A stretch of 64,000 bases of DNA from Vitrella brassicaformis CCMP3155 (GCA_001179505.1 CDMY01000373.1:31784-95783), one strand, 5' to 3'. Positions 25,893 to 37,402 are shown, numbered from the stretch's first letter. The notes: a model not told the origin generated them from the sequence alone. Numbers and translations: made by a program.

Positions 25893-26183
25893 AAAAATCC
25901 CTTTGGGCAAGGGCTACACCCTCACCGCCGACCACTGGGCACTCGGCGTGTGTCTCTATCACTTCATGTAAGTATGCATGCGGCCGTACAGTACGGTCGA
26001 TTTCTGGGTGCTGACACGGACGGCTTTGCGTGTCTGTAGGTGCGGTCGGCTGCCCTTCGGCAACGACGCTGACGGGCAAGCTGGACATTCCTCCAAACAT
26101 GGCCGACACAGATGCGGGCAACGACGCTGACGGGCAAGCTAAACATTCCTCCAAACATGGCCGACACAGATGCGGGCAACCTC
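25893..26183 (+). pseudogene. AGC kinase (PKG-like) subdomain IX-X fragment with intron, internal deletion and 58-bp tandem duplication
   Basis: LGKGYTLTADHWALGVCLYHFM|CGRLPFGNDA then LTGKLDIPPNMADTDAGNL. The GT-AG intron at about 25968-26040 is retained, and the 58-bp unit starts at 26059 and 26117. Confidence 0.72.
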
Positions 26184-26479
26184 CATCACCCAGAAAAAAG
26201 GAACGGCGCCACCGCGCCGTTCCCCTTGTTCGAGCTTCCGCCTGCGCAATGGAACGCCTGAACAATTACCCCTGCTCAGGCTCGCCTCCCCTTTCAGTTA
26301 CTACTTCCCAAAAGTAAAAGAAAGCTACTTCCTGTGTCGGAGAGAGAGCCTCTTCCTAAGAAAGAGCGACCCCACGACGCGCACGTGCTCCCACCCGTCC
26401 GCCTACCCACCCACCAACCCCCCCCACCCCTTTACGACTCGGAGAAACTTCGTGTCTGTTTCTCCCCGACTGACTGACG

Positions 26480-26610
26480 ATGCCTGGCAAGAAGGCCGTG
26501 GTTTGTGGATGCAATTACCCTGGCACCCACATCAGCCTTAAGGGCTGTCTCAATGATGCTCTCTTCTGGAGGACAACATTCACGTGAAGCTCCTCGTTGA
26601 TGAGGGTGAC
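26480..26610 (+). pseudogene. Second metacaspase 5' fragment, with ATG and no prodomain
   Basis: MPGKKAVVCGCNYPGTHISLKGCLNDALFWR followed by a deletion and a stop. Confidence 0.72.
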
Positions 26611-27587
26611 CACAAAGCGACGTGAAGCCGTTCCGACTCCGCGAAGCCTCCGCTAAAGTAGGTGATGGAGAAATATATGGATGGACCAGCATGGCCTGTG
26701 CGGAGAACCTCTGCCATTTCTGTCATTTGTACGGACCAGTCGGAGCAGCAACAGGAGCAGCAGCAGGCCACGAGGGCCATCCCTACAGCGGTAAGTGGTG
26801 GATCAGATCCGATTCGGAATGGGACAGGAAGGCACTGAAATGACAACTTGCATCACACTTCAGGACCAGGGAGGCCAACAGACGGAGGAGAGGAGGAGAG
26901 GCTCATCCCCCTCTCTTTCCAGCAGCTGCAGGAGCTGCAGAAGCAGCACCTGGGCCGGACGGAGATCGGCCAACTCGACGACGCCCAGTCAGCAGACTCA
27001 GACTGTCTCGATGAACACCTTAATGTTGTTTGGCTGTGGTTTGGTTGTGTTCAGGGTGCTGCTGAAGCTGCGGGGCCGCCCAGAGGGGATCCGGTCGGCG
27101 AAAGCCGTACTGAATCTGCTGCTGTTGGTAGGACTACAAGACGGCAAGAAAGCATGCTCACGCTCTGGATGTCTCCTCTTTGTGTGTGGGTTGTTCGTTT
27201 GACTTCTGCCCAGGACAGCGCCCTCGTCACCATTAACCCCCCAGTCAGTCGGCCTGGCAAGGGCACCAACACATCTCAAGAAGAGCCCATGGATATAACA
27301 TGACTTATTTATGCTTTGTTTGTGTGTCGTCCTCTGCAGAGGACGATAGAGTTCCTGACGACCGGAGTAGAGCGAAGATTGCTGCCTACATTTTATATTT
27401 GAGAGTTTCTTTGGCAAAGCAGATCCGTGTGTGGCTGAGGTGGGGGCCGAGGTGATTCAGAAGCAGGAGGCAGCCGCCGACCCACCAGACGCCAGCCACC
27501 CACGTGCTCCCGCCTGCCCACTCACCCAGCTACCCACCCCCTTAGCCACCCAGCCACCCAGCCAGCCACCCACCAGCCAGCAAGCCG

Positions 27588-28740
27588 ATGGGGACGAAGC
27601 AGCCGCAGGAGCAGCAGCAGCGGCATGAGCAGCAGCAGCAGGCCATAAGGGCCACCCCCCTCGCGTAAGTGGTGGATCAGATCCGATTCGGGATGGGACG
27701 GGAAGGGACCCAAATGATAACTTGTGTCACACTTCAGGACCAGGGAGGCCAACAGACGGAGGAGACGCTTGTCCCTCTCTCTCTCGAGCAGCTCGAGAAG
27801 CTGCAGAAGCAGCACCTGCGCCGTGCCACGGAGATTGGCCAACTCGACGACGCCCAGTCAGCAGACTCAGACTGTGTCGATGAAGACCTTAATGTTGTTT
27901 GACTGTGGTTTGGTCGTCTTCAGGGTGCTGCTCAAGCTGCGGGGCCGCCCAGAGGGGGTCCAGAGGGCGACAGACGTACTGGATCTGCTGCTGCTCGTAG
28001 GGCTACAAGACGCCAAGAAAGCATGCTCACGCTCTGGATGTCTCCTCTTTGTGTGTGGGTTGTTCGTTTGACTTCTGCTCAGGACCTTGCCCTCGTCACG
28101 TTGGACCCGCCGGTCAGTTTGTCCGCATATTGTGTGTGAAGGCATCCATATGATACATCCTGCTGTATTTGTGTGTTGCAGAGGACACTGGACTTTGTGG
28201 CAAGCGAGGGGGGTGCACCGGGGACGGCTGCCCTGAACATCACCAATGTCTCCGCCGGCTATCTGGCCTACAAGCTGAAGGCCACCGCTCCCAAGACGTA
28301 TGCCAACACAGATGCACAGGCAACTATTCATAAGAAGTTTGCATGCATGGAGGTGTGTGTGTGATGTAGGTACACCGTGCAGCCGAGGTCGGGAATCATC
28401 GCCGCTGGGGGCCACGCCAAGGTGCAGATCACCTTGAATCCCGACGCCGCCAGTGAGCCAACACATACCACTCACATACCACAACCACCACACACATATC
28501 CGTCCCTTTGTGTGTCTGTCCGTTGTGTTGTGTGTGTCTGGATGCATTGCTGATGTAGGTGGACCCAACGACAGATTGCTGGTGCAGGTCACCCCCCCCA
28601 GCAGCAGCCAGACCCCCGCCTACGACGACTGGCCCACCATCCCCCGGGAGGTGATCCAAGACCACCATCTCCATGTCGCCGTCCTGAGACCGCCGCCATG
28701 CAGCCGCCGCCACCACCCGCCGAGGACACGTATGCATATA
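27588..28740 (+). CDS. KH-like + MSP (VAP-type major sperm protein) domain gene, unit 3; apparent 1-nt frameshift at a C-run before the first donor
   Basis: Splices to MGTKQPQEQQQ...|DQGGQQTEETLVPLSLEQLEKLQKQHL...DDAQ|VLLKLRGRPEGVQRATDVLDLLLL|DLALVTLDPP|RTLDF...LNITNVSAGYLAYKLKATAPKT|YTVQPRSGII...|GPNDRLLVQVTP. Exon 1 is one base shorter than in units 1 and 2. Confidence 0.6.
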
Positions 28741-28925
28741 GGTTGGGTGTTGAGAGTCTGGTGGTTGCCTGTATGCTCACATAGGTGTCCTCTCGTTGTC
28801 TGTATTCCATATACAGCTTCTGGAGCTGGCTGGGGAAGTTGTGCTGCTGCGGACCGAGAATGAAGCCGGTATGCAAGATGCATGATGATTGTATGGATGC
28901 TGTCTTGGATGCACGTCTATCTCTA

Positions 28926-28961
<36 letters not shown>

Positions 28962-29639
28962 CATTTACATATGTATATTTGTATGTCCAGCGCACGCCAG
29001 CCCACACCAGCCCACTTACGAGACAGCAGAGCGGCGCAGACATGGAGATGATGAAGAGTGCCCTGAAGGACAACTTGGGGTGCGAAGATTGCTGCTTACA
29101 TTTTATATCGGAGAGTCTCTTTGTCGAGCTATACAAGCGTCGCCGAGAGCTGTCTGCTGCTCTGCTCGTTGCTAAGTATGTGCTGAACACATACGAGACT
29201 CATAGAGTCAGCGCCTTCTGGTCCATGCCGCACGCGGTGAGAGTCAAGCACACTGGTCGGAGGCAAAAGACTGAAGCGATAAAAGCACTTTCTTGTCTCA
29301 TGACATTCCCTGTCAGGGGATGCGGCTGCCTCGGTGAGTGGGGCGGTGTCACTCTATCGGCGCTACGTTCTTTCATATGTATGAAGTGTCTCTGAGGATC
29401 ACGGGGCTTCGTGGATCATGCAAAGGGACATGGACGACAGCCTCGACTTTCTCGATGGTGAGGTGCGGGATACACGGGAAAAAGGGGAAGAGAAATCCTG
29501 TGTCTCTTAGGCCTAGTGGTGGGTCTCAACGCGTACCTGTGGCGAGGACCAGAGGCGGAAAATCTAACATCTTAAAGAAGGGCGCACTATGATACATCTC
29601 TGTGACTTTGTTTGTGTTGTCCTGTGTGTCGTCCTCCAG

Positions 29640-30060
29640 AAGACAAAAGTCTTTCCATTCAGAAAGAGTTTGCATGCATGGACGCATGTGTGTGTGATGT
29701 AGTTACACCGTGCGGCCGAGGTCGGGCATCATCGCCCCTCGGGGCCACGCCAAGGTGGAGATCATCTTGAACCCCGACGCCGCCAGTGAGCCAACACATA
29801 CCACTCACATACCACAACCACCACACGCATATTCGTTCCTTTGTGTGTCTGTTCGTTGTGTTGTGTGTTTCTGAATGCATTGCTGATGTAGGTGGACTCC
29901 CGATCAACGACCGATTCCTGGTGCAGGTCACTCCCGCCAGCAGCAGCCAGACCCCCGCCTACGAGGAGTGGCCCACCATTCCCCGAGAGGTGATTCAGGA
30001 CCACCATCTCAATGTCGCCTTCGAGGAGACCCCCAGCCCCTCAGGAGGCTACCACCACAG
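29640..30060 (+). pseudogene. Truncated MSP-domain unit 4
   Basis: The first MSP exon is deleted after about 10 nt and jumps into intron-like sequence. YTVRPRSGIIAPRGHAKVEIILNPDA and INDRFLVQVTP exons are retained. Confidence 0.65.
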
Positions 30061-30287
30061 ACAGCCGCCAAGAGGTTGGGCCTTGAGAGTCTGGTGGTCA
30101 CCTGTATGCTCACAAGCGGTGTCCTCTGGTTATCTGTATTCCACACACAGTTTATGGAGTTTAGTGGAGTTGGTTGGGAAACTCTTTCTGCTGCGGGCCG
30201 AGAAAGCTTTAGCCGGTATGCAAGATGGACACATGCATGTGATGTCTCTCTCTCTCTATCTCTCTCTATGACCATTGTATTACACTT

Positions 30288-31397
30288 CAGGACGAGGGAG
30301 GCCAAGCGACGGAGGAGAGGCTCATCCCCCTCTCTTTCCAGCAGCTGCAGAAGCAGCACCTGGGCCGGACGGAGATCGGGCAACTCGACGACGCCCAGTC
30401 AGCAGACTCAGACTGCCTCGATGAACACCTTAATGTTGTTTGGCTGTGCTTTGGCTGTGTTCAGGGTGCTGTTGAAGCTGCGAGGCCGCCCAGAGGGGAT
30501 TCAGACGGCGAAAGCCGTCCTGGATTTGATGCTGGTAGGGCTACAAGACGGCAAGAAAGCATGCTCACGCTCTGGATGTCTCCTCTTTGTGTGTGGGTTG
30601 TTCGTTCGTTTGACTTTTGGTCAGGACCGCGCCTTTGACACCATCAGCCCTCCGGTCAGTCCGTCCGCATACTCTTCGTGTGTGAAGAGGGCATCCATAT
30701 GATACATCTGTGCGTTATCCTCGCGCAGAAGACGATCGAGTTCCCGACGAGCCGTGTGGCGGTGTTGAAGCTGACGAACGTGTCTGTCGGCTACCTGGCA
30801 TACAAGATCAAGACGACTGCCCCACGCAGGTACGCACACACGCACACACAACCATGCAAGGCAACAGCGGTGTGGTGGATGCAGTGCAGTGCACGTGGTT
30901 GGTGTGGTGGATGCAGTGCAGTGCAGTGCACACGTGGTGTGTGTCATTCATGCAGCTACCTGGTGCGGCCGAGCTCGGGTGTCATCAGCCCCCGGGGCGA
31001 TGCCATCGTCGAGATCATCATGCAACCCAAGGCCACAGGTGAGCACACACACACACCACTCACATACACCACAACCAGCACACGCGTATGTGCCCCTTTG
31101 TGCGTCTGTCCGTTGTGCAGCTGAGGGCGGTCTCCCCACCAACGACCGGTTTCTGGTCCAGGTGACCCCCACGACGAGCAGCCAGACGCCTGCCCGCGAC
31201 CTGTGCTCCACCACCGCCAAGGAGCACATCCAGGACCACCGACTCAATGTCGTCGTCAAGGACACAGCCGGCACCTCAAGGGAGGCCACGCCAAGCGCCA
31301 TGCAGCCGCCGCAGCCCACCGAGCAGCCGCCGCAGCCAACCGAGACGACTAGCACGTTGGCTCTTGAAAGTCTGGTGGTTGCCTGTATGCTCACATG
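30288..31397 (+). CDS. KH-like + MSP (VAP-like) unit 5; upstream exon not evident
   Basis: KTIEFPTSRVAVLKLTNVSVGYLAYKIKTTAPR|SYLVRPSSGVISPRGDAIVEIIMQPKAT|...NDRFLVQVTP...IQDHRLNVVV closely matches the VAP signature FKVKTTAPKRYCVRPNSG. No C-terminal transmembrane anchor is visible. Confidence 0.65.
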
Positions 31398-32406
31398 AGG
31401 TGTCCTCTGGTTATCTGTATTCCATATGCAGCTTCTGGAGCTGGCTCGGACGATTCTGCTGCTGCGGACCACGAAAACCAGAGCCGGTATGCAAGATGCA
31501 TGATGGTGTGGATGCATCTCTCTCTCTATGCATGTGGACACATACATCTGTATGCACAGCGCGCACCGGCCCACAACAGCCCAATCGGAGAAGACGCAGC
31601 GGACGCGGCCACGGAGACACACCTCCTTTCGTCACGGCAGAGACATGCGGACCACGAGATGATTCAGCGTGCGTTGAAGAACAACCTGGTAGTCAGCAGC
31701 CTGCACGAGAGCGGTTGCGGTCACGGAGACACATCTGTTTTCGCGACGGCAGAGAGTTGCAGAGTGCAGGTGGGGGCGGTGTGTCTCTATTTATGTGTGT
31801 GTGTGTCCCAGGGCCTCGGCCAATGTTATCGTTGCCTGCATTTTATATTCGACATGTCCGTGTCGTCTCATATCTGACCAGTGCACTCTGCTCATTCATC
31901 GATCAAAGACTAATATTAATGCTTGCCTTCTCGTACGGTCCTCTTAGCGAATTAATGGCGTGAGCGGCACGGCACTCACCCACACCACACAAACACAAAC
32001 CCTGCCTGTGCAACTCATATACATATGCATGAGACAGCCTGTCTGCGGGTCTGTGCAATTCATACATTGGAGACAGCAAATTATATGCTGGCAGACATAT
32101 AAGACATCAACGTGTCCTGACGCAAATTGCTGAATTGACCGAGGAATGATGAATGAGGATGAGCCCTCACTCTCAATGTTTGATGGTGGATTCATTGATT
32201 CACTCATTCAATCACTCATACACTGGACAGGGCCAATTACCATGGTGAGTGTTTCTTGTTGATCATCTGCTTGCAAGTCACTCACACGACACGTCCGTCA
32301 CGATATTACATTCTGCCAGACAAACACAAAAATGCTAAACGTATGTGTGTATACGCGTCCGGACAACCGATGATCGATCTGTCCGTCAGTCACACGGCGC
32401 GTCACG

Positions 32407-33697
32407 ATGGTGTCCGGCAGACATTCCATCCACACGATCAACACAATGATGGTCACTGTCGGCTTGTGTGTGGCGTGTTGCACACTGCTGGGTGTCTCCT
32501 CGGCAGCCCACCAGCGGCAGCAGTCCTTGGCGCCCGACGAGAGTGACGGGCGTTGCAAGGTGCGACGAGGGCCGGGCGCCGACACCCAACGCGCCATCCC
32601 GCCAATGTACGCCACACAGCCACTCAGCCGATCAGCGAATGAGACAGACAGACAGACAGACAACCACTCTGTGTCTCTCCCTGTTTCTCTGTGTGTGTGT
32701 GATTGCATAGTTACACTGACGACACGGAGCCGCTGCTGCCGTCGGGTGGCCATCAGATCAACGCGACGGAGGGCCGCGTGACGGCCTCGGCGGCCTCTTC
32801 CTGCCCCAGCCCCTTCACACACCCGGCCGACTGCAACCGACAGGGACTCCAGTACTCATGGTCAGACACACACACACACAGACATCCCACGATGGATGGA
32901 TGGATGTGTGTGTGTGCAGGGTGTGTGACCCGGATCACTTGCTGAGTTACCAGGCAGCCGACTCACTCGAGCGCAAACTCATGTCGATCCGCACAACCGC
33001 ACAGCACACGTGCCAACACGACAACAGCAAGAAACACACACGGCCGTTCCACATCGCCGTAACCAACCCCACACACACACAGCGTGACACTCTCATGTCT
33101 CTCTGTGTGTCTCCCTGTCTTTGTGTGTGTGTGTGTCAGGTTGTGTTGGCGTCGTCTGTCGACCCGCCGGCCGATTTGCCGTCGGCCCGTCTCGTCCGCT
33201 TCGCGTCGGTGTTGGCGCATCGCTATGGACTGGGCAACAGCGGCTGCGGGGACGGCATTGTGTTGGCCTTCGCCAGGCGGCCCACTCCCATGGCCGTCGT
33301 GGCAGCCAAACCGGAGGCAGCCAAGTACATCACACCCGTATTCGCACAACGACTCAACGACAAGAGCAAAGTCAGCAATGACTCACACAGAGAGAGAGAC
33401 AGAGAGATGTGTGTTTTGTGTCTTCAGCGGCTGTTCGCTCCGTCTGCGTCGGTGCCGATTGGCGAAGGGCTGGAGACGCTGCTGGACGACATAGCGGCTG
33501 TGCTGCCGTCGGTGGCTCGTCGTGGGATGCCTGTGTGGCTGGTGATCGTGCTGACATTCCTTGGGGCGCTGCTGGTCTGTCTGCTCGTGGCCGTCTGTCT
33601 GAGCAACATCCAAATCCAACGCACGCTGCCTTTCCTCAAAATGCCCTTCGGCGGACGAAGCGACATTCCGGTCAGCTACACACTTTGGGATGAGTGA
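32407..33697 (+). CDS. TPM/MOLO1-like type I membrane protein, copy 1
   Basis: Signal peptide (MMVTVGLCVACCTLLGVSSA). HPADCNRQG...VCDPDHLLS..AADSLERKL...HIAV|VVLAS...FASVLAHRYGLGNSGCGDGIVLAF fits the MOLO1/TPM pattern. C-terminal TM helix VWLVIVLTFLGALLVCLLVAVCL; ends SYTLWDE*. Confidence 0.75.
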
Positions 33698-34198
33698 GGT
33701 GGCAGGTGTCTGTCTGTCTGTCTGTCTGTGTGGTGGTTCAGTCGTCCGTCGAGCCGAGCGAGTGAACGTCGATGGCCAACAGACAAGACGACACACAGAG
33801 ACCGCCAAGAGAGAGATGACAACAGATGTGTGTGTATGGGTGTGAGAATGGACGGACAAACTCGTGATCGATTGCGTGTGAGATGAACCGCAACACAAAT
33901 GACGACGTGTTGAATTGGTATCGTCACGCACATACGCGCAGCACGGATGTCGTTTGGCTACACACACACACACACTAGTCATCCATCCATCGATCCATTG
34001 TCTTCATTTAAACCGCCGCAACACACCCACCCAACACCAACACGCAAAAACACGCTTCTCTGCACGTCTGTCCGTTTGTCTGTCACCTACAGCAGCAGCA
34101 GCACTCGCAACAAAACGAGGCAGATACACCGACCGCAAACCTACTGACCTGGCTACCACCCTCTCCTCCCTCCCTCCCTCAGCCGTGTCCGTCTTGCT

Positions 34199-34987
34199 TC
34201 AGATGAGTTTCTGTGTGACTTGTGAGTTGAGGAGCCCGGCGTCCTTGAGGGTCGTGTTGGGGTCGCTCGTGATGGGCTTGGGAGGGAAGCCAGCGATGAG
34301 CTGGTACTCGCCGTCCACCGGCGCGCACTGCATGACGTAGTCGTGCAGCACGGCCACCGGGCTGTCGACATTGAAGGTCTCGGCCTTGCGCTGCCCGTTG
34401 TGGAAGCGGAACTGGATGGTCGTCTTGGGCTTGCTATCGTCCACCCGCACCGAACCCGCACCCGCGTCGACGTTCACATCACCTGCCGCACTCGACGACG
34501 GCCCGGCGCCGAGCGTCCTGCCCTCGCCAGTGAACATCTCCACAGGCGGAGCGGCCGGCCTGTTCTGCGTCGGCTGGCCGAACGGCGAGCCGCCGCCAGC
34601 CGGTGCATTGGGGTCGTAGTCCTCGGACGACTTGTCGACCAGGGCGATGCGCACGTGGTTGCCGTCGGCGCCGATGGACAGCTCGGGCGGCGCGAAGCCC
34701 TTGCGCAGCTCCTCGATGAACTTGGCGTTCTGCGGGTCGGCCGCATCGCGGAAGTCGCCGTCGTCAATGGTGAAGCCGTTCTTGTAGACCGTCACCTTCC
34801 GGTGGCCCGGAGGCAACTCGCCTTCGCCACGCATGGCATCGCCGAATGCGCCCTGCTGGCCCTCGCTCTCGGGGTTCTCGACGGCCAGGCCGGACTTCTC
34901 ACCGCCCGTGTAGCTCGAGGTGGTCTTCTTCTTGTCAGGATCTTCCTCCTTGCCATCTTTGAGGTCCTGCAGGCTGCGCACCGGCAT
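34199..34987 (-). CDS. p47/Shp1-like SEP + UBX domain p97/Cdc48 cofactor; single exon
   Basis: Uninterrupted 262-aa ORF: YTGGEKSGLAVENP, SEP domain (VTVYKNGFTIDDGDFR...F..EL.KG..P.EL), SHP box FTGEGRTLG, and UBX (TTIQFRFHNG...YQLIAGFPPKPI...TLKDAGLLN). Confidence 0.93.
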   Translation of the reverse strand: MPVRSLQDLKDGKEEDPDKKKTTSSYTGGEKSGLAVENPESEGQQGAFGDAMRGEGELPPGHRKVTVYKNGFTIDDGDFRDAADPQNAKFIEELRKGFAPPELSIGADGNHVRIALVDKSSEDYDPNAPAGGGSPFGQPTQNRPAAPPVEMFTGEGRTLGAGPSSSAAGDVNVDAGAGSVRVDDSKPKTTIQFRFHNGQRKAETFNVDSPVAVLHDYVMQCAPVDGEYQLIAGFPPKPITSDPNTTLKDAGLLNSQVTQKLI

Positions 34988-35277
34988 CGTCGGTAGTCAG
35001 ATGGATCCACGCGATGAACGACAGAGGTGGATCAAGCCTGGCGATGTGCTGGCAGGGACTCTACGTGGCGCCGGTGTGAAGCTGCAACAACACGTCAAAA
35101 GCTCGCAGGCTCGCGATTCCAGTGAGGAAGAGAAGCGAAAAACTGTGGTGGCGGCGGCGACAGGCCGATTGTGTTGGTTGGCTTTCCTTTTTGTCGTCTC
35201 ACTTTTCGAGCGACAGTCACTTCTGAGGGCTTGATTGAGCCAGAGAGAGCCTGAGGGAAGCCGATTGGAGGGAAGAA

Positions 35278-37402
35278 ATGGAGGGCAACAGGGACGAGTC
35301 GCTCAAGTGCAAGAACCTGGCGATGAAAGCCATGCAGTCCGGCGACTTCTCCAAGGTGCGCTCTCAGACAGACAGACAGACAGACGAACAGACAGAAAGA
35401 CAGACAGATGAACATGGAGAGGCAATGTCCGTTTGTCTGTCGTTCCAGGCGCTTCGGTTCCTGGAGAAAGCGCAGCGGATGTACCCGACAGAGGAGGTAG
35501 CCAACCTCATCTCCTCCATTCAGGTCAAGCTCAGCAGTGACACCAGCAGCTCGTCAGCTGGCACCGGCGAAGGCGCCGGAGCACATCCGGTGAGCAAACC
35601 GCCGAGCAGCGAGACACACACTGACTGATGTGATGCGCACCCATCCGGCTTCTCTCTCCCTCTGTGCAGGCGCGTCAGCGGAGCGAGCCAGCGTCTGGAT
35701 CAACAACTGCGAGCAGCAGCATGAACGGGGTTGGGGGGAGCGGCAATGGCAATGGGAATGGCAACGGCAACTACACGCCCGAGCAGGTGGCCCAATGTCA
35801 GAAGATCCTCAGGACAAAGGACTTCTACGAGGTGCTGGGCGTACCCAAAGACTCGACAGAGGACCAAATCAAAAAGGCCTACCGCAAGGTCACCAACGAG
35901 CGAGGCAGACAGGGAAATACCATTGGTATACATGGCAAGTGCAAGTGTGTTGTCTTGGTGCGTGTGCAGATGGCTTTACAGCTTCACCCTGACAAGAACA
36001 AGGCGCCTCACGCAGAGGAGGCTTTCAAGAAGGTGAACACCGAACAAGCGCAGCGTAGCTCAGCTTCCATGCTCTGTCTGTCTGTCTGTCTGTCTGTGTG
36101 GTGTTCAGCTATCCAAGGCCTTTCAGACGCTCAGCGACAAGGAGAAGCGAGCAACATACGACCGATACGGTATGGTGGAAAGCAGCAAGACCCCGCACAC
36201 CCCCCCCACACACGCATCACGTGCATCGTCATGCGTCTGTGCTGCTGCAGGTGACGAGGAGCACGTTCCCCAGTCATATCGGACGCAGTACGAGGCCGAG
36301 TTCATGACACCTGAGGTCAGGAGGAACGGCATGAAATCTGATCAACACCACATCCATCTCTGCCATTGTGTGCGTGCGCGTGTGCGGCATCCACTCGTTG
36401 GTTGGTTCAGGAGTTGTTCCAGGCGTTTTTCGGCATGGATTTTGATCGCATGAACGCCATGCACCACCGGGGCGGGCGGGTCTACCGATTCAGATCAAGA
36501 GGGCCCTCCACCGAACAAGAGTGAGGGAGGGGGGAGGGGGGAGGCGCATGAAATGAATGAATGCCCCACTCATCCGACGTCTGTGCCCTGGATTGTCTGC
36601 GTGTAGGCGTCGTGGTCAGCAGATGCTGAATCTGATTCAGCTGGTGCCGGTGCTGATCATCATCGCATTCACGCTGCTCTCCAACAGCTTTATCGGACAC
36701 CAGGTGACCTGGGAGGGACATACACACGTAAAAAGGCCACGCGCCCGCCCGGTGCTCACCGTTCTCCCTCCCTTGTGCACTCGTTCGTTCGTTCAGCGTC
36801 CCCAGTTCAGTTTGCTGCGCAGGCAGGGCTTTCCGATAGAGCGGAAGACCCAGGGGCTGGGCGCGAAATACTATGTCGATACGACATTCCACGAGAGCTA
36901 CCCAAGAGGGTCCAGGAAACTCAGAGACGTAAGCAAGAGGGGCCGTGGGCACACGCACATGTCCATGTATTCATTGGTTCTCTTCATCGCATCTGTTTGC
37001 AGTTTGAGAAGCAGGTTGAGCTCCACTATGCCGAGGATCTGCGCGCCAAGTGCGGCCACGAGGAGCAGACGATGCTCATGGCCATACAACGGGCCAAGTA
37101 CAGAGGAGACAGTAAGTGCCCCACACGCCCTGCAATGCACGGCACTGCACCGACGCCGCTTTGACCATGGTGGCTATGCTTTGTATGTGTGTGTGACAGA
37201 GGAGGAAGCCAAGCGCGCGAAGGATCGGCCGAAGCCAAGCTGCAGAGAGTTCCACGAGATACGGGTGAGGGACCAAACACATGCTCACACCACCGTGACT
37301 GCCACCCTGATGTGTTGTGTGTCTGCCTGTGATTTTGTCCGTCATGGAACACAGCGCAAGTTTCCGCACATAGCGAGAAGTGAGTACGTGTATTATTGGT
37401 GA
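35278..37402 (+). CDS. DNAJB12: DnaJ subfamily B member 12/14-like ER membrane J-protein (J domain + TM + DUF1977-like)
   Basis: [15 protein letters not shown]...|[14 protein letters not shown] domain KDFYEVLGV...IKKAYRK|[21 protein letters not shown] (HPD motif). [16 protein letters not shown]. Lumenal YYVDTTF...[17 protein letters not shown]...PSCREF. Confidence 0.92.

Larger units (their letters stand above)
25100..31900 (+). repeat. Degenerate tandem array of about five duplicated units (Q-rich exon, KH-like exons, MSP exons, shared introns and 3' flank), each with a different internal deletion
   Basis: Near-identical blocks recur. GGATCAGATCCGATTCG at about 25706, 26807 and 27674. CAGAAGCAGCACCTG at about 25828, 26938, 27805 and 30348. 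GCATGCTCACGCTCTGGATGTCTCCTCTTTGTGTGTGGG at about 27151, 28021 and 30559. GAGAGTCTGGTGGT-like at about 28753, 30085 and 31366. Confidence 0.9.

Noticed and set aside
27431-27628. TGA readthrough/selenocysteine in unit 3 exon 1
   Set aside because: The TGA is in the A/G-rich frame. Comparison with units 1 and 2 shows the Q-rich frame is the one that splices to exon 2.
25500-27850. CRISPR-like or regularly spaced repeat array
   Set aside because: The repeats are long, irregular gene-segment duplications with splice sites in a eukaryotic context, not constant short repeats with unique spacers.
24400-31900. Helitron or other transposon as the carrier of the captured fragments
   Set aside because: I found no Rep/helicase or transposase ORF, no convincing 5'-TC / 3'-hairpin-CTRR ends, and no TIR+TSD pair. 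The mechanism is left open.
34988-35277. Heat-shock elements upstream of DnaJ/UBX or HSF
   Set aside because: No clear array of three alternating nGAAn units was seen by eye.
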